A stretch of DNA of 64,000 nucleotides from a virus, in the IMG/VR virus record IMGVR_UViG_3300024981_000003. One strand, written 5' to 3'. Shown one piece after another: positions 43,604 to 53,543 of the stretch. Position 1 is the stretch's first letter. Every line of letters starts with the position of its first letter. Below the pieces are notes generated by a model, which was given only the letters and a program-made list of their open reading frames with translations, was not told the origin of the DNA and did no database searches. The position numbers and the translations under genes were made by a program.

Positions 43604-44644
43604 TTAAGTTGAGATCGCGGTGCCGTTGACGAATTTCGTCAAGGCGGCGAGGAGCGCTTCGCGGTCCTCTTTCGACCCAGCATCCCGCTGGACCGGTTTG
43701 CGATCTGCATCCCGCAGACCAATCATGTGCGTCGCAAGTTTGCCGCTGATACCAAGACCTTTCAGACGAACTTCCAGTTCGCCCGGACGAAGGTTCTCGA
43801 ACTCATCAGATGACAAACGACTAAACGGGGCTTCGAGACCTAGTTTGCTGTAGTACCTGTCAAGAGTGCTCTTGACGGCAGTTTCAGCGGCCTCGGGGAG
43901 TTCTATCCCACCACGCGCCCCAACGACGCAAGCAACGCATCGATACAATGCAATCGGATTCGTGGCAATACGTCCCTTTTCGTCGATGTCGCCAATGAGC
44001 AACTTCGCATCCCACTCGGCGGGCGACTTGTCTTCGTCGACGTAGAGGAAGCACGAGCGAATTTCGTCGGGCGTGTCGGCGTACTTTTCGACGAGCGACT
44101 TGAAGACGGCATCCGCATCCCACGTCTTGACGTTACGATCGATGAAGAGATCTCCGAACGGCAACACGCCCTTGATGTTCTCGACGTTGGCGAGCGGGTT
44201 CATCGCCATGTTGACGACGCTGATCTCAAAAAGACGGATCTCTTTCAGCGCGCGCACGCCGTCTTTGCGCTTCTCAGAACGCGTGGCGCGATAGCCGATC
44301 GAGTTCGACTTCAGGCCGCGATTTTTCAGCTGCGGGACGATGCGTCCGGCGACGAAGGAGTCCGACTTCGGCAATTCAGCCTTATACCAAAGCCCTTTTC
44401 GATCTTCCTTCGCGTCGACGATGGTGCCGATCGGCGCGTCGTCCATCTTGTGATTGAAGAGCAGAAGCGGAAGCCCGTGCTCGCGAAGGCTCTTCGAAAA
44501 GGCGCCGGGCTCGATGACGTCATTGCCGAGGTCGACATTGTTGAACACGGCGCCGTAGCCGGTCAGAACGTAGTTGTCGCCATCTTCGCGAACGGCCTTC
44601 TCTTCGAGATCGACGAGCGAACTGTGCTCGAAAGACGTCGTCAT
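43604..44644 (-). CDS. Prohead protease (HK97 / S78 family) with C-terminal extension
   Basis: YGAVFNNVDLGNDVIEPGAF...LLFNHKMDDAPIG...SIGYRA...FEISVVNMAMNP. ATG at 44644. Confidence 0.85.
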   Translation of the reverse strand: MTTSFEHSSLVDLEEKAVREDGDNYVLTGYGAVFNNVDLGNDVIEPGAFSKSLREHGLPLLLFNHKMDDAPIGTIVDAKEDRKGLWYKAELPKSDSFVAGRIVPQLKNRGLKSNSIGYRATRSEKRKDGVRALKEIRLFEISVVNMAMNPLANVENIKGVLPFGDLFIDRNVKTWDADAVFKSLVEKYADTPDEIRSCFLYVDEDKSPAEWDAKLLIGDIDEKGRIATNPIALYRCVACVVGARGGIELPEAAETAVKSTLDRYYSKLGLEAPFSRLSSDEFENLRPGELEVRLKGLGISGKLATHMIGLRDADRKPVQRDAGSKEDREALLAALTKFVNGTAIST

Positions 44645-44757
44645 GGATTTCGTTCCTCTTGTCTGGGGCAAAAAGAGTGCAGTCCGCCGACCGCGGGTGA
44701 TGACCAACGGGGAAGCCAGCCGGGCGGACGGCGGGCCGTTTCAAATTTTCAGGTGCG

Positions 44758-45915
44758 TTACGGGACGCGCTGGCGCGCGACGGAATGGTCGATCGAACGC
44801 TTCAAAAGTCCGTCGATGTCCTGGTCTCGGAATTTAGGATCAACACTGACGTTCGCGGCTTGGCCGTTGCGGATCTCGGCACGCGCCACGACACGGCCGT
44901 CGACGCGCACTTCAATTTTGGTCGGCGATGTCTGCCGGAGCGTCGCGAGCGTCTTGCCGTCTTTCAGCACGACCTTCGCGACCGTGCGGCCGTTGAGCGT
45001 CACGACCGACGTCGGATTGAATTTCGGGCCTTCGACGGGACCGCGAAAATTCGGAACGGGATGCTCGGGATTGGCGGGACGCGCGAAGCGGCGTGTCGGC
45101 GATGGTGGCGCGGTATAGATCGGCGTGCGCTTGCCGGTATCGTTGTCGATGAAGACGTAGGTCGGGTAGCAGCGGCAGTTGCAGATATTCGCGAGACTGG
45201 CGCCGAGCGATGTATCGCCTGGAAACCGCAACAGATCTGGCCCGACGTGAAACGGTTCCGTGACGGACTGTTCCTGTTCGTGCGCGTCATGGTGCCAGGC
45301 GCGCTCGTTGCCATCCATGAGGCAGTTCCAGATTTTGACAAGGCGTCCGTTGGCATCCTTCGGCGCAACGACTTCGATCTCACGAGCCTGCTCAAAAACA
45401 CCGTTGGTGTTGACGTTGGCGATGGTGCCGAGCTTAGCCTTGAACTTCGCCGTGACCTTCGCAACGACACCCTTGAGCTTCGCCCAATAGCCGGCCGTCA
45501 CGCCTTCGACCTTCGGAGCCGTCTCGATGTCGTCTTTGAATTCGACCGACTTCGCTTCCGGCGCGGCCATGCCGGCGGTCAACTCGTTCTCGAGACTGCG
45601 CAGGATGAGCTCAGCTTGATACTTCGCGCGCTTGCGCAGGCTCTCGAGATGAAACAGCGACTTGCACGCATCCTGCAGCGTCGCATCTCTTGGCGGCCGA
45701 CGGCCTTGCGCCACCATGACGACACGCGCGTAATGGCGCATCAGACGGCTTTCGAGGTCCTTCTGATGCGCGATGCGCTCATGCACCGAGATCGAACCGC
45801 GCGCCGATTCCCATGTGCGGATGAAGTTGCGGCCCGCGACAAACAGCGGACGCGCGAGTTCCGCCTCGAGCGCGATCTTCGCGTCGAGGAGTTCATCACG
45901 GATTGTACTGCCCAT
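44758..45915 (-). CDS. Minor head protein, MuF / SPP1 gp7 family
   Basis: CLMDGNERAWHHDAHEQ...ICNCRCYPTY core. ATG at 45915 (TGATG overlap). Confidence 0.8.
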   Translation of the reverse strand: MGSTIRDELLDAKIALEAELARPLFVAGRNFIRTWESARGSISVHERIAHQKDLESRLMRHYARVVMVAQGRRPPRDATLQDACKSLFHLESLRKRAKYQAELILRSLENELTAGMAAPEAKSVEFKDDIETAPKVEGVTAGYWAKLKGVVAKVTAKFKAKLGTIANVNTNGVFEQAREIEVVAPKDANGRLVKIWNCLMDGNERAWHHDAHEQEQSVTEPFHVGPDLLRFPGDTSLGASLANICNCRCYPTYVFIDNDTGKRTPIYTAPPSPTRRFARPANPEHPVPNFRGPVEGPKFNPTSVVTLNGRTVAKVVLKDGKTLATLRQTSPTKIEVRVDGRVVARAEIRNGQAANVSVDPKFRDQDIDGLLKRSIDHSVARQRVP

Positions 45916-46079
45916 CAGCCGACCTTGATGATGACCCGTGGCGGATTGCGTCGGAAGCGCACGCACATCGCAACAGCCTCGTCGACTGCGGCACGGTAGT
46001 CGTGCATCCCGGTTTTGACGAGGTATTCGGCGCAGCGCCGCTCAATGTCGATGTCGGCCACGAGCGTGTGCGTTTTCAT
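45915..46079 (-). CDS. Small hypothetical protein (54 aa)
   Basis: Hand-translated MKTHTLVADIDIERRCAEYLVKTG... TGATG overlaps at both ends fill the gap exactly. Confidence 0.4.
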   Translation of the reverse strand: MKTHTLVADIDIERRCAEYLVKTGMHDYRAAVDEAVAMCVRFRRNPPRVIIKVG

Positions 46080-49000
46080 CAGCGCAGATCCGCACGCGTG
46101 AAGCCGCTGAACGTCCGGCCCTTCGCCGCTTGCGCGGCCGCCTGGACAGTCGGATTGGCCCAGCCTCGGCGTGCTCCGCTCGTTCCCGACGCTGGCGCGT
46201 CCGACGAGTCCTTCGCCGGGGCACGGTATGCAGTATTCGCCGCGTTAAACGCGTCGTGCACGGCGACACCGGTATTCACGGCCATGCCGGGAAGCGACAT
46301 ATCCCACGCGCCCTTGGCGGCCGCCTTGATGATGCCGGTCGCGCCTTCGCCGTGGCGATAGGCGGCGATGCCTTCCGACACGGCGCCGAAGCCCATGAGA
46401 GCGACAGACGTCGCCGGGATCGCCTTGGCCGCCGTCATACCGGCGCGCATCAGGCCGCCCGTGACTGCAGCGGTGCCGACGGTGAAGCCTGCAAGCGTTA
46501 CGCCGCCTTTAACGCCTTCCTTAGCCGCTTCCTTGATCTGGCTGCCGGCATCGCGGCCTTCGGCCTTCGCCTTCGACGATGCCACGATCATTGCGGCGCC
46601 GATCGCGATCGGCGCAAGCACGCCCGCGACCTTACGGACACCGCGCTTGGCGGGTTTCGCAGCGATTTTATCGGCAGCCGGAGCGCGTTCAGGCTTCGGC
46701 GCGTTCATCTTGGCGCGCATGCGATCGGCGACACCGTTCGATGGTTTGGTGAGCGCCTCGGTGCGCAGTTCCGCATCGCCCTTCTGACTGTCGCCGGCAC
46801 GCATGCGGTTGAGATAACGACGCTCGCGATCCGCGCGGACTTGGTCTCCAATGGACGCCCATTTCTTAGCATCCTCATGCCGCTGCATTTCGGTCTCGCT
46901 GAGCATTCCGTGTTTTGCCTTCACGTCTTGCGTCAGTGTTTTGAGAGTTGCCTCGGCGGCATCGCCACGCGGCGTTCCCGGCGTCGTGGTCTGCGACTCC
47001 TTAATCGCATTTTGCAGCCGCGCCACATCGGCCATGCGAGCGTGCGCTTCGAGGCGATCGATATCGACTTGGTTCCGCTTGACGAGATCAAGTCCGATGG
47101 CCACGCGCTGCTTCGAGGCTCCGGGCGACGTACCCTTGAGCGCTTTGGCGATCTCTGCGTGCGCGCGCGCCGTCTGATTGCGGGCCTCAATCACCTTGAT
47201 CGGATCGGGAAGGTTCGATGCCTTCGCCGGCGCTTTCGCCCTTGATTTGCGGTTGGTGTTGATCGCCTCCAGGTTCGCGGCGTTCTGCGTTCCGCGCTTT
47301 CCCGACGTCACCTTATCGATTGCGGCGCTGACGTCCTTCATGATGCGGTCGCGACCTTCCTGAAACTTGCCCGGAAGGCCCGCCTCTTCGGCCGACGTCA
47401 ACGCACGAAACGCGCCGACGGTCTGTGCCTTTCGCACCATCGACCGGCCCGTCGTATAGGCCCGCTGCTCGATGGCTTTGATCATCGCCGCTTTCGAGGT
47501 CCGCGCGGCGGCCTTCGAACCGACGACCTGCTCGTGAACAGCCTGGATCTCTTGTTTCGAAAGACCCGCGAGGCGCTTCATGGGATCACTAGGCGCAACG
47601 CTTTCACTCGCGACCTGGCGCACGATGTTGGCGAACGGTTTGCGTGGCGCTGAGATGCGCTTCACTTCATCGTCGACGCGGCGAACGCGATCAACAATGT
47701 CCGTCTGCTGCCGGGATGAAGAGAATAGCCCGTGGTCGGCTGCATCGCCGGTCCGGCCCTTGGCCGCCTTCTTGCGCGATTCCGCTGCGATCTTATCTTT
47801 CGTCGTCGCCTTCGGCATCATGTCGCCCTGGCCATCGTCGATTGACATGCGGACTTTGCCGGCGGTGCTTTCAACTTTGCGATGCATGTAGCGCGACGCC
47901 CCATAAGCGTTGTCGCGACGATCGACTGAACGGATCGCCGACTTGAGCGTCTTCGCCGTGCCGACGACCTTCTTCGTCTGACGATCAACGATCTCGTAGG
48001 CAGCTCCCGATTTGGGCTGTTTCATGTCGTCGCCTTTCGCATTTGCCTTGCGGGCGTTTGCACTCGCGGCACGCGCTTTATCGTCCCAGACGTGATGCTC
48101 GCCAGCCGCCTTCGGCTCGATCGAGAACATCGACGTCTGGTTCTGATTGACCATCTGATGCATCTCGGGCGCATCGCCCGTGAGCGCCCGCATGCCGCCG
48201 GATTTCAGCGCATCGCCGACAGCCTTGACGAACGAGCGCGCTGCGACTTGCGGCTTCTTGCCTTCCGCCATCTGGAGGGCCGCCGTCTCGAGCATGCTGG
48301 AAACCGGCCCGCGGTTCTTTGCGAGCCGTTCTACCAGAGCGGCTGTGGTCCCCGCCTCCGAGGCGCGCGCCGCGTTCGTTTCGTGACTGAGGCGGTTACC
48401 CGCCTCCTCGATAGTGTGAGACTCACGATCGAGCAGCGCAAAAATTCGCTTGTCCGACTTGAGCGATCCGAGAGCCTTGTCGAGAACAGCGGCGCGTTCG
48501 GCGATGAGTGAACGCGTCTTCGTTTCCTCACCGAACAGCGAATTCTGTGATTCATGGATCGAACCGGCACTAAGTGCTTGATCGACATAAAGTCCGGCGT
48601 GCTGCGCCGAAGTGATATTGGCTTTGGCCATTTCGGCAAGCATATCGGCATGGCGTGTGGTTTCTCCAATGCGGGCGCCGACCTGTGCGGCGTACTCCGG
48701 CTTGATGACCCCGCCGACAACCATGTCGAAGGCCGGCTTCGAGAGCTTCGCAAGGTTAGCCGCTTCGCGGACTTTCGCGTCCGACATCGGCACGGAACCG
48801 TTGACGAGGTCCGGCCGCTCGCGCATCACCTTCGCCATATCGAGCGCTTGGCCCGACGATTCCTTGATGTTCTTCAAAGCCGCGTACGCGTAGACATCGC
48901 GCGGCGACCAGCCATCGCGCTCGCGCAGCACGTAGGCGTCCATGTTGATCTTCTGACCTTCGGACGCGAGCCGCTTGGCGAGACCGAGGCGCTGATGACC

Positions 49001-50095
49001 GTCCGCGATGACGAGGTCGCCGTTGGCGCGCTCGAAGACGACGGCCTTGCCCGCCGCTACGTTATCCCACGACTTCACGCCTTTGAGGCGATCGGTAACG
49101 CCGTGGTTGTCGCCGCCCGACTTGAATTGGAACGTCGACGGATCGGACGTGATCTGGCGCGGATCGAGTTTGCGGAATCGGGCGGGCTTGTTGTCCGCCA
49201 TGTCCTTGTTGAAGAGCTGCTGGAAGGCGTTCGAGGCGGCGTCCTTGACGCCTTGGAAGTCGATAAAACTACGATCAAACTTTCCGGCCTCGACGTTCTT
49301 CGCAAGGATGTGATTGTCTATCGGGTCATCGAACCCGATCGGCTCTTGCAGGCCGGGAATGTGCTCGGACGGCAATCGGCCACGTCTCATGGCAGCCGTG
49401 TGGCCGTATTGACGGCCGGTCAGTCGCGCTTCCTGCTCGCCGGCGAGAAGCTTATATTTCTCGATGCGCTTATCGCGACCTGAATCGCCGGGATAGAATT
49501 TCTCAAAATCCTTGGGCGAACCGCCAAGATCGAACTTTTCCCGTTCCGCAACCGAGTGCTGAACTTCGTGCAACACATGCTCCATGGCCTCATGGGCCAA
49601 ATCGCCGTGAGCGTCGAACGCTCTCGGCGACAATTTGATGGTCTCGCCATCAAATGACGAGCCCTCTGCATTGGCGGGAGCGCGCCCGACTTGCAGCGAC
49701 TTCAAGGTCGGCATCGCCTGATAGAGTTTCGGATGGTTGAGGACGTTAGCGAGATCCGTCGTGCCGGAACGTGGGACGGCGCTTTTGTTCAGCGTCGCGG
49801 TGTTATCCGTCAATTCAAACCGCGGTTGGTTATCTTTCGCAAAAGTGATGCCAGCGTATGGCGAGCCGCGCAGTTTCTTATTGCTCGCCCGATAAACGCC
49901 AACGCGCGAACGATCACCATTGTCCATAGCCTGCTGCGCAGCATCGAATGCTTGCGACGGGCGATCGTCGCCTGCTTTGGAAAGTGAATCGGCAGCCTTG
50001 AGCCCAAGAAACATCGCGCCGACGGGAGCGGCGGGCGCAAAAGAAGAGGCCGGGGATTTGTCATCCCCGGCCTTGCGACGGTCGTCTTTTGCCAT
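46079..50095 (-). CDS. Polyvalent virion protein (1338 aa): HExxH zincin-like motif, ParB-like nuclease domain, C-terminal glycine-zipper membrane segments
   Basis: LHEVQH at aa 175-180. ParB/Srx-type VVFERANGDLVIADGHQRLGLAKRL at aa about 350-375. Located between the portal and MuF genes. Confidence 0.7.
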   Translation of the reverse strand: MAKDDRRKAGDDKSPASSFAPAAPVGAMFLGLKAADSLSKAGDDRPSQAFDAAQQAMDNGDRSRVGVYRASNKKLRGSPYAGITFAKDNQPRFELTDNTATLNKSAVPRSGTTDLANVLNHPKLYQAMPTLKSLQVGRAPANAEGSSFDGETIKLSPRAFDAHGDLAHEAMEHVLHEVQHSVAEREKFDLGGSPKDFEKFYPGDSGRDKRIEKYKLLAGEQEARLTGRQYGHTAAMRRGRLPSEHIPGLQEPIGFDDPIDNHILAKNVEAGKFDRSFIDFQGVKDAASNAFQQLFNKDMADNKPARFRKLDPRQITSDPSTFQFKSGGDNHGVTDRLKGVKSWDNVAAGKAVVFERANGDLVIADGHQRLGLAKRLASEGQKINMDAYVLRERDGWSPRDVYAYAALKNIKESSGQALDMAKVMRERPDLVNGSVPMSDAKVREAANLAKLSKPAFDMVVGGVIKPEYAAQVGARIGETTRHADMLAEMAKANITSAQHAGLYVDQALSAGSIHESQNSLFGEETKTRSLIAERAAVLDKALGSLKSDKRIFALLDRESHTIEEAGNRLSHETNAARASEAGTTAALVERLAKNRGPVSSMLETAALQMAEGKKPQVAARSFVKAVGDALKSGGMRALTGDAPEMHQMVNQNQTSMFSIEPKAAGEHHVWDDKARAASANARKANAKGDDMKQPKSGAAYEIVDRQTKKVVGTAKTLKSAIRSVDRRDNAYGASRYMHRKVESTAGKVRMSIDDGQGDMMPKATTKDKIAAESRKKAAKGRTGDAADHGLFSSSRQQTDIVDRVRRVDDEVKRISAPRKPFANIVRQVASESVAPSDPMKRLAGLSKQEIQAVHEQVVGSKAAARTSKAAMIKAIEQRAYTTGRSMVRKAQTVGAFRALTSAEEAGLPGKFQEGRDRIMKDVSAAIDKVTSGKRGTQNAANLEAINTNRKSRAKAPAKASNLPDPIKVIEARNQTARAHAEIAKALKGTSPGASKQRVAIGLDLVKRNQVDIDRLEAHARMADVARLQNAIKESQTTTPGTPRGDAAEATLKTLTQDVKAKHGMLSETEMQRHEDAKKWASIGDQVRADRERRYLNRMRAGDSQKGDAELRTEALTKPSNGVADRMRAKMNAPKPERAPAADKIAAKPAKRGVRKVAGVLAPIAIGAAMIVASSKAKAEGRDAGSQIKEAAKEGVKGGVTLAGFTVGTAAVTGGLMRAGMTAAKAIPATSVALMGFGAVSEGIAAYRHGEGATGIIKAAAKGAWDMSLPGMAVNTGVAVHDAFNAANTAYRAPAKDSSDAPASGTSGARRGWANPTVQAAAQAAKGRTFSGFTRADLR

Positions 50096-50106
50096 GTGCT
50101 GTCCTG

Positions 50107-50361
50107 CTAAGAAATGCAGTCGTCCGGATCTTCTCGCAGTTTGCCGGACGGCTCGCTGTCAGGTGCGGGCGTGAAAGCGTTCTTGATGTCTTCGGGCGCG
50201 ACCAGCGGAATGAGGTCGTCGGCCGGAATTTCGTACGGCTCTTCGATTTCTTTCGCGATCTGCGCAGCGTCTTCCACTGAAACCGGGCGTTGCGTGATGT
50301 AGCCGGGCGGATCAAGCCGAACGCGGTCGGCTCGCTTCAGCGATGTCGGCTTCTTGGTCAT
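50107..50361 (-). CDS. Small acidic hypothetical protein (84 aa)
   Basis: Track ORF between the portal and polyvalent genes. Confidence 0.5.
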   Translation of the reverse strand: MTKKPTSLKRADRVRLDPPGYITQRPVSVEDAAQIAKEIEEPYEIPADDLIPLVAPEDIKNAFTPAPDSEPSGKLREDPDDCIS

Positions 50362-50463
50362 CGTGCGCTCCTGTCCGTTTCATTCGGACGTAGGCGCGCC
50401 ATGGGCGATGTCAAGAGGATTGGTGGAAGCATTATTGGTTAGATCAATAGTGCTTCCCGTTGA

Positions 50464-52017
50464 TTATGCCGCCTTCTTGCCCCGGCGCGCGGGCGGATCG
50501 GCCCCGGCCGACGTCGCCAGCCGGTCGGCGAACTGCAACAGCACGCCAAAGGCTTCGTCGGTTGACTTCTTGGCCGCCGCTTTCGGCTTCTTGGCGGGCT
50601 TGTCCTTGTCTTTGTCAGGATTGCCGGCGGCCGACCCGGCCGCGCGCGCCTCCGCTTCGGCGCCGGCACGAATGACCGGATCCGCTTCGGGCCGCACCTG
50701 ATGGTAGGCCTGTTGCGAATTGTCCGCCTCGGGATCGTTAATGCCGTGATTGGTGAAGTAATCCTCACCCTGCGGCACGTCGGAGATCGAACCGTAGATC
50801 GTATCGCCGCCGAGCACCGGCTCATATCCGATGATCTCGCGAGCTTCGTTGCGCGAGATCTCATGCGCGGCAAAGAGCTTCGTCGACTTCTCGATCGCCT
50901 GCTTCTCAAGAACCGGGTTCGACAGCACGTCGTGGACGATCTCGACTTCGACGCCGAGGCGCTCCGTGAAGATCTGAGCAAGGCCCGAGTAAATCACTTC
51001 GAAGCACGGCAGAGCCGCGAGATTGTAGAAGAAATTCCACGCCGTCTCGTAGTTGTTGTTGGTCTGCGCCGTGGTGCGGAAGAGCGTGATCGGCACGTTG
51101 TAGCGCGACACGATCGCGTCTTCGACGATCTCGATCAGTTTCGCGAAGTCCATGTCCTTCATGGTTTGCGACAGCGCCTGGAAGTCCATCTCGCCACCGG
51201 ACGTCACGAGGAGCCCGCCGGCGTTCTCCGATCCTTGCGCCTGCCGCTTGAAGTCTGCGCGGACCGATTCCTTCTGATCGTCGGTGAGCGATTCCTTGAA
51301 CGCGAGCACGCCCGATAGGCGCGCACCGTTCTTCAGAAGTCCGGCATTGTGCATAATGCCCTCGAGCCTGAGCTCGACGTCGTACTTGATCGCGTTGAGG
51401 CGCGGCAAACCGATGCCACGGAAATCGCCGTCCATATCGTAGATCGGCACGATTTCGGCGAGACCGAGCTGATCGAACCAGCGGAAGTCGCGCGGATTGG
51501 AGCGATCGCGCGTGAAATTCTGCGTCTGAGTCCCTTCCGCGTACATGAAATCACGCGGCCACATGTCGACGTCCTGAAACATCGACACGAATTGGCTTTT
51601 GGCGATATCGATCGCGATCGGCATCGCGCCACGCAACGCAGCGTTGCCGTAGACCACCGGATATGACGTGCCGCTGACCAGATACTGGACGGCCATTTCC
51701 TTGATGAAGCGCTGCCGCGTGCGGTTGAAGCCGGGACGCTTCAGAAATGCGTGAATGACTTGACCTGCCGGCGTATCATCGCCGACTTCGCCGTTGATCC
51801 TGATCGCCGGCTTCAGTCGCGCGACCTCGTCAGCGATGAGGTCGACGACCTTGGCAAACGACGACGAATTCAGATAGAGCCGCCAGGCTTCGGTCGGCGT
51901 AATCGTGCGGCCGGACATCAGCGCGGAAAACAATGCTGACGTTCCGGCGGCATTCGTCGGCGGGGTCACCGCGGTTTTTGTCTCGCGGCGAAACCAGTTC
52001 TTGAACCAAGAGGCCAT
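50464..52017 (-). CDS. Portal protein (HK97-type)
   Basis: 517 aa. Typical portal length and pattern, with a charged C-terminal tail. In the head module upstream of MuF, protease and capsid. Confidence 0.85.
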   Translation of the reverse strand: MASWFKNWFRRETKTAVTPPTNAAGTSALFSALMSGRTITPTEAWRLYLNSSSFAKVVDLIADEVARLKPAIRINGEVGDDTPAGQVIHAFLKRPGFNRTRQRFIKEMAVQYLVSGTSYPVVYGNAALRGAMPIAIDIAKSQFVSMFQDVDMWPRDFMYAEGTQTQNFTRDRSNPRDFRWFDQLGLAEIVPIYDMDGDFRGIGLPRLNAIKYDVELRLEGIMHNAGLLKNGARLSGVLAFKESLTDDQKESVRADFKRQAQGSENAGGLLVTSGGEMDFQALSQTMKDMDFAKLIEIVEDAIVSRYNVPITLFRTTAQTNNNYETAWNFFYNLAALPCFEVIYSGLAQIFTERLGVEVEIVHDVLSNPVLEKQAIEKSTKLFAAHEISRNEAREIIGYEPVLGGDTIYGSISDVPQGEDYFTNHGINDPEADNSQQAYHQVRPEADPVIRAGAEAEARAAGSAAGNPDKDKDKPAKKPKAAAKKSTDEAFGVLLQFADRLATSAGADPPARRGKKAA

Positions 52018-52029
52018 TTCCGTTCACCT

Positions 52030-52335
52030 TCAAGCCGCGGGATCGAGACCGACCGAGAACGTCCCGTCGCCGGTGCCGTCCGGATCAACCGACACGAACT
52101 GATACAGCCAGACGCCCGATATCTGGACGGGCACCTCGAGGAGATAGCGGCCGACTGCGCTGCGCGTCAGCTCGCTGTCGGTGCCGTACACGTAGGCGAC
52201 TTCGGCACCGGTCGGGTCGATCAGCCGGATCGTCAAAGCCGACGGGTCGACGAGCGGCGCCTTGGTCAGGGCCTGATCGTGCACGCCGACCTTGATCAGC
52301 GCGTGCGTGCCGAACGGCACGAGAGCAATGGTCAT
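52030..52335 (-). CDS. Hypothetical beta-rich protein (101 aa)
   Basis: ATG at 52335 (TGATG overlap with the repeat-protein stop). The rest of track ORF 52030-52752 is out-of-frame shadow. Confidence 0.5.
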   Translation of the reverse strand: MTIALVPFGTHALIKVGVHDQALTKAPLVDPSALTIRLIDPTGAEVAYVYGTDSELTRSAVGRYLLEVPVQISGVWLYQFVSVDPDGTGDGTFSVGLDPAA

Positions 52336-53510
52336 CAGGCCGCCTCTTTGATGCACGCCGCAAAGCCGACGCGCGACGTAATCTCGACCGAGAACGTGAC
52401 GCGCGAGCCGACGTCGACCGTCGTGCGCGCCTTGCCGCCACGACGGACCGTCGCCACCGAGGCAAGCGTATCGCCAGCCTCGAGGAGCGCGGCCGTCGCG
52501 ACGCGGAAGTCGAGAACAGCGGCCGTGGCCGCAACGGTGTCGCCACCGTCGAGGATGTCCGCCGCCGCAACGATTTCCGCCTGACATTGCGCCGCCAGCA
52601 CGTCGCCGGCTTCGACCATGACGCCCAGCGCAGCAACAGCGACGGAAGCTGCGCCTGCACCTGCGTCTCCCGTCTCGGAGACGGCGAATGCCGCCGAAAC
52701 AGTAAGATTTGCCGTCGCCGCCGCGGTGTCGGAGGCCTCGACGACGTTGCAATCCGCGACGATGGGAGCGAGCGGCTCCGAGCTCGCCGTGGCCGCAAGC
52801 GTATCGCCGGTTTCGGCCACGCCCGCTTGGGCGACGATGGAGACCGTCGCGGCAGCAGAGACAGCATCAGCCGCCTCGCTCAGGCCTGCGGCGGCGACGA
52901 CGGTGACGGCGGCTGAAATCGCCGCGGCATCAGCCGTCTCGCTCAGCGCGGCGTTCGCGCCAATCGCAACACTTGCGAATGCCGTAACCGTGTCCGCCGC
53001 TTCCGCGACGTTTACGTCCACTATCCGGCCGGACGTGATATCGGCAGCGAGCGTGTCGCCCGCTTCGCTCAGGTTTGCCGCAGCAGTGACGCTGACAGTC
53101 GCGGCGCTCGAGATAACATCCCCGGCTTCAGCGACGATGACCGTCGCAGCGACGGCAAGAGTGCCGGTTGCGGCGGCAGTATCTCCCGTTTCAGCGAGCG
53201 TTCCCGCCGCGACGATGAGCGCCGCGCCCGACGCCGCGATCGTGTCGCCGGCTTCCGAGAGCGCTGCTACACCTGCGACGGTCGCCGTCGCTGTCGCGGC
53301 AACGGTATCGCCCGATTCCGTGACGGTCGCGCTGGCCGAGATAGACGCGGTGCCGGCGCACGAAAGCGCGTCGCCGACCTCGCTAACTGCGGCGTTGGCC
53401 GCGACGGCGACATTCGCCGCAGCCGCAACGCTATCTCCGCTCTCGGTAAGGGCGGCCGTCGCGGTGAGCGATCCGCCAGCAGCCGCCTGATTGAAGAGCA
53501 GGAGCAACAT
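52335..53510 (-). CDS. Ala/Thr/Val-rich protein made of about 16 tandem 21-residue repeats (E-x-G-D periodicity)
   Basis: The E of the [ST]E[ATSV][GAS]D motif recurs at aa 23, 44, 65, 86, 107, 128, 149, 170, 191, 212, 233, 258, 279, 300, (321), 344. Confidence 0.65.
   Translation of the reverse strand: MLLLLFNQAAAGGSLTATAALTESGDSVAAAANVAVAANAAVSEVGDALSCAGTASISASATVTESGDTVAATATATVAGVAALSEAGDTIAASGAALIVAAGTLAETGDTAAATGTLAVAATVIVAEAGDVISSAATVSVTAAANLSEAGDTLAADITSGRIVDVNVAEAADTVTAFASVAIGANAALSETADAAAISAAVTVVAAAGLSEAADAVSAAATVSIVAQAGVAETGDTLAATASSEPLAPIVADCNVVEASDTAAATANLTVSAAFAVSETGDAGAGAASVAVAALGVMVEAGDVLAAQCQAEIVAAADILDGGDTVAATAAVLDFRVATAALLEAGDTLASVATVRRGGKARTTVDVGSRVTFSVEITSRVGFAACIKEAA
52470..53450 (-). 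repeat. About 16 tandem 63-bp (21-codon) diverged repeats inside CDS 52335-53510
   Basis: Periodicity was derived from the protein sequence. The repeats generate long spurious ORFs in other frames and on the other strand. Confidence 0.7.
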
Positions 53511-53543
53511 GATCGACGCCTTCCGGCTTGGAGCGCGAGAGGT

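Noticed and set aside
44785-45999. 404-aa plus-strand ORF
   Set aside because: It is antisense to the MuF-family gene, whose motifs are convincing. This is a shadow ORF.
46130-47245. 371-aa plus-strand ORF, with similar ones at 48554-49483 and 50701-51318
   Set aside because: They are antisense to the polyvalent protein and portal genes, and are Arg/Leu-rich shadow ORFs.
52618-53490. 290-aa plus-strand ORF, plus minus-strand ORFs 52085-52867 and 52030-52752
   Set aside because: They are generated by the compositional periodicity of the 63-bp repeat array. Only the minus frame starting at 53510 gives a regular 21-aa repeat protein with coupled neighbours.
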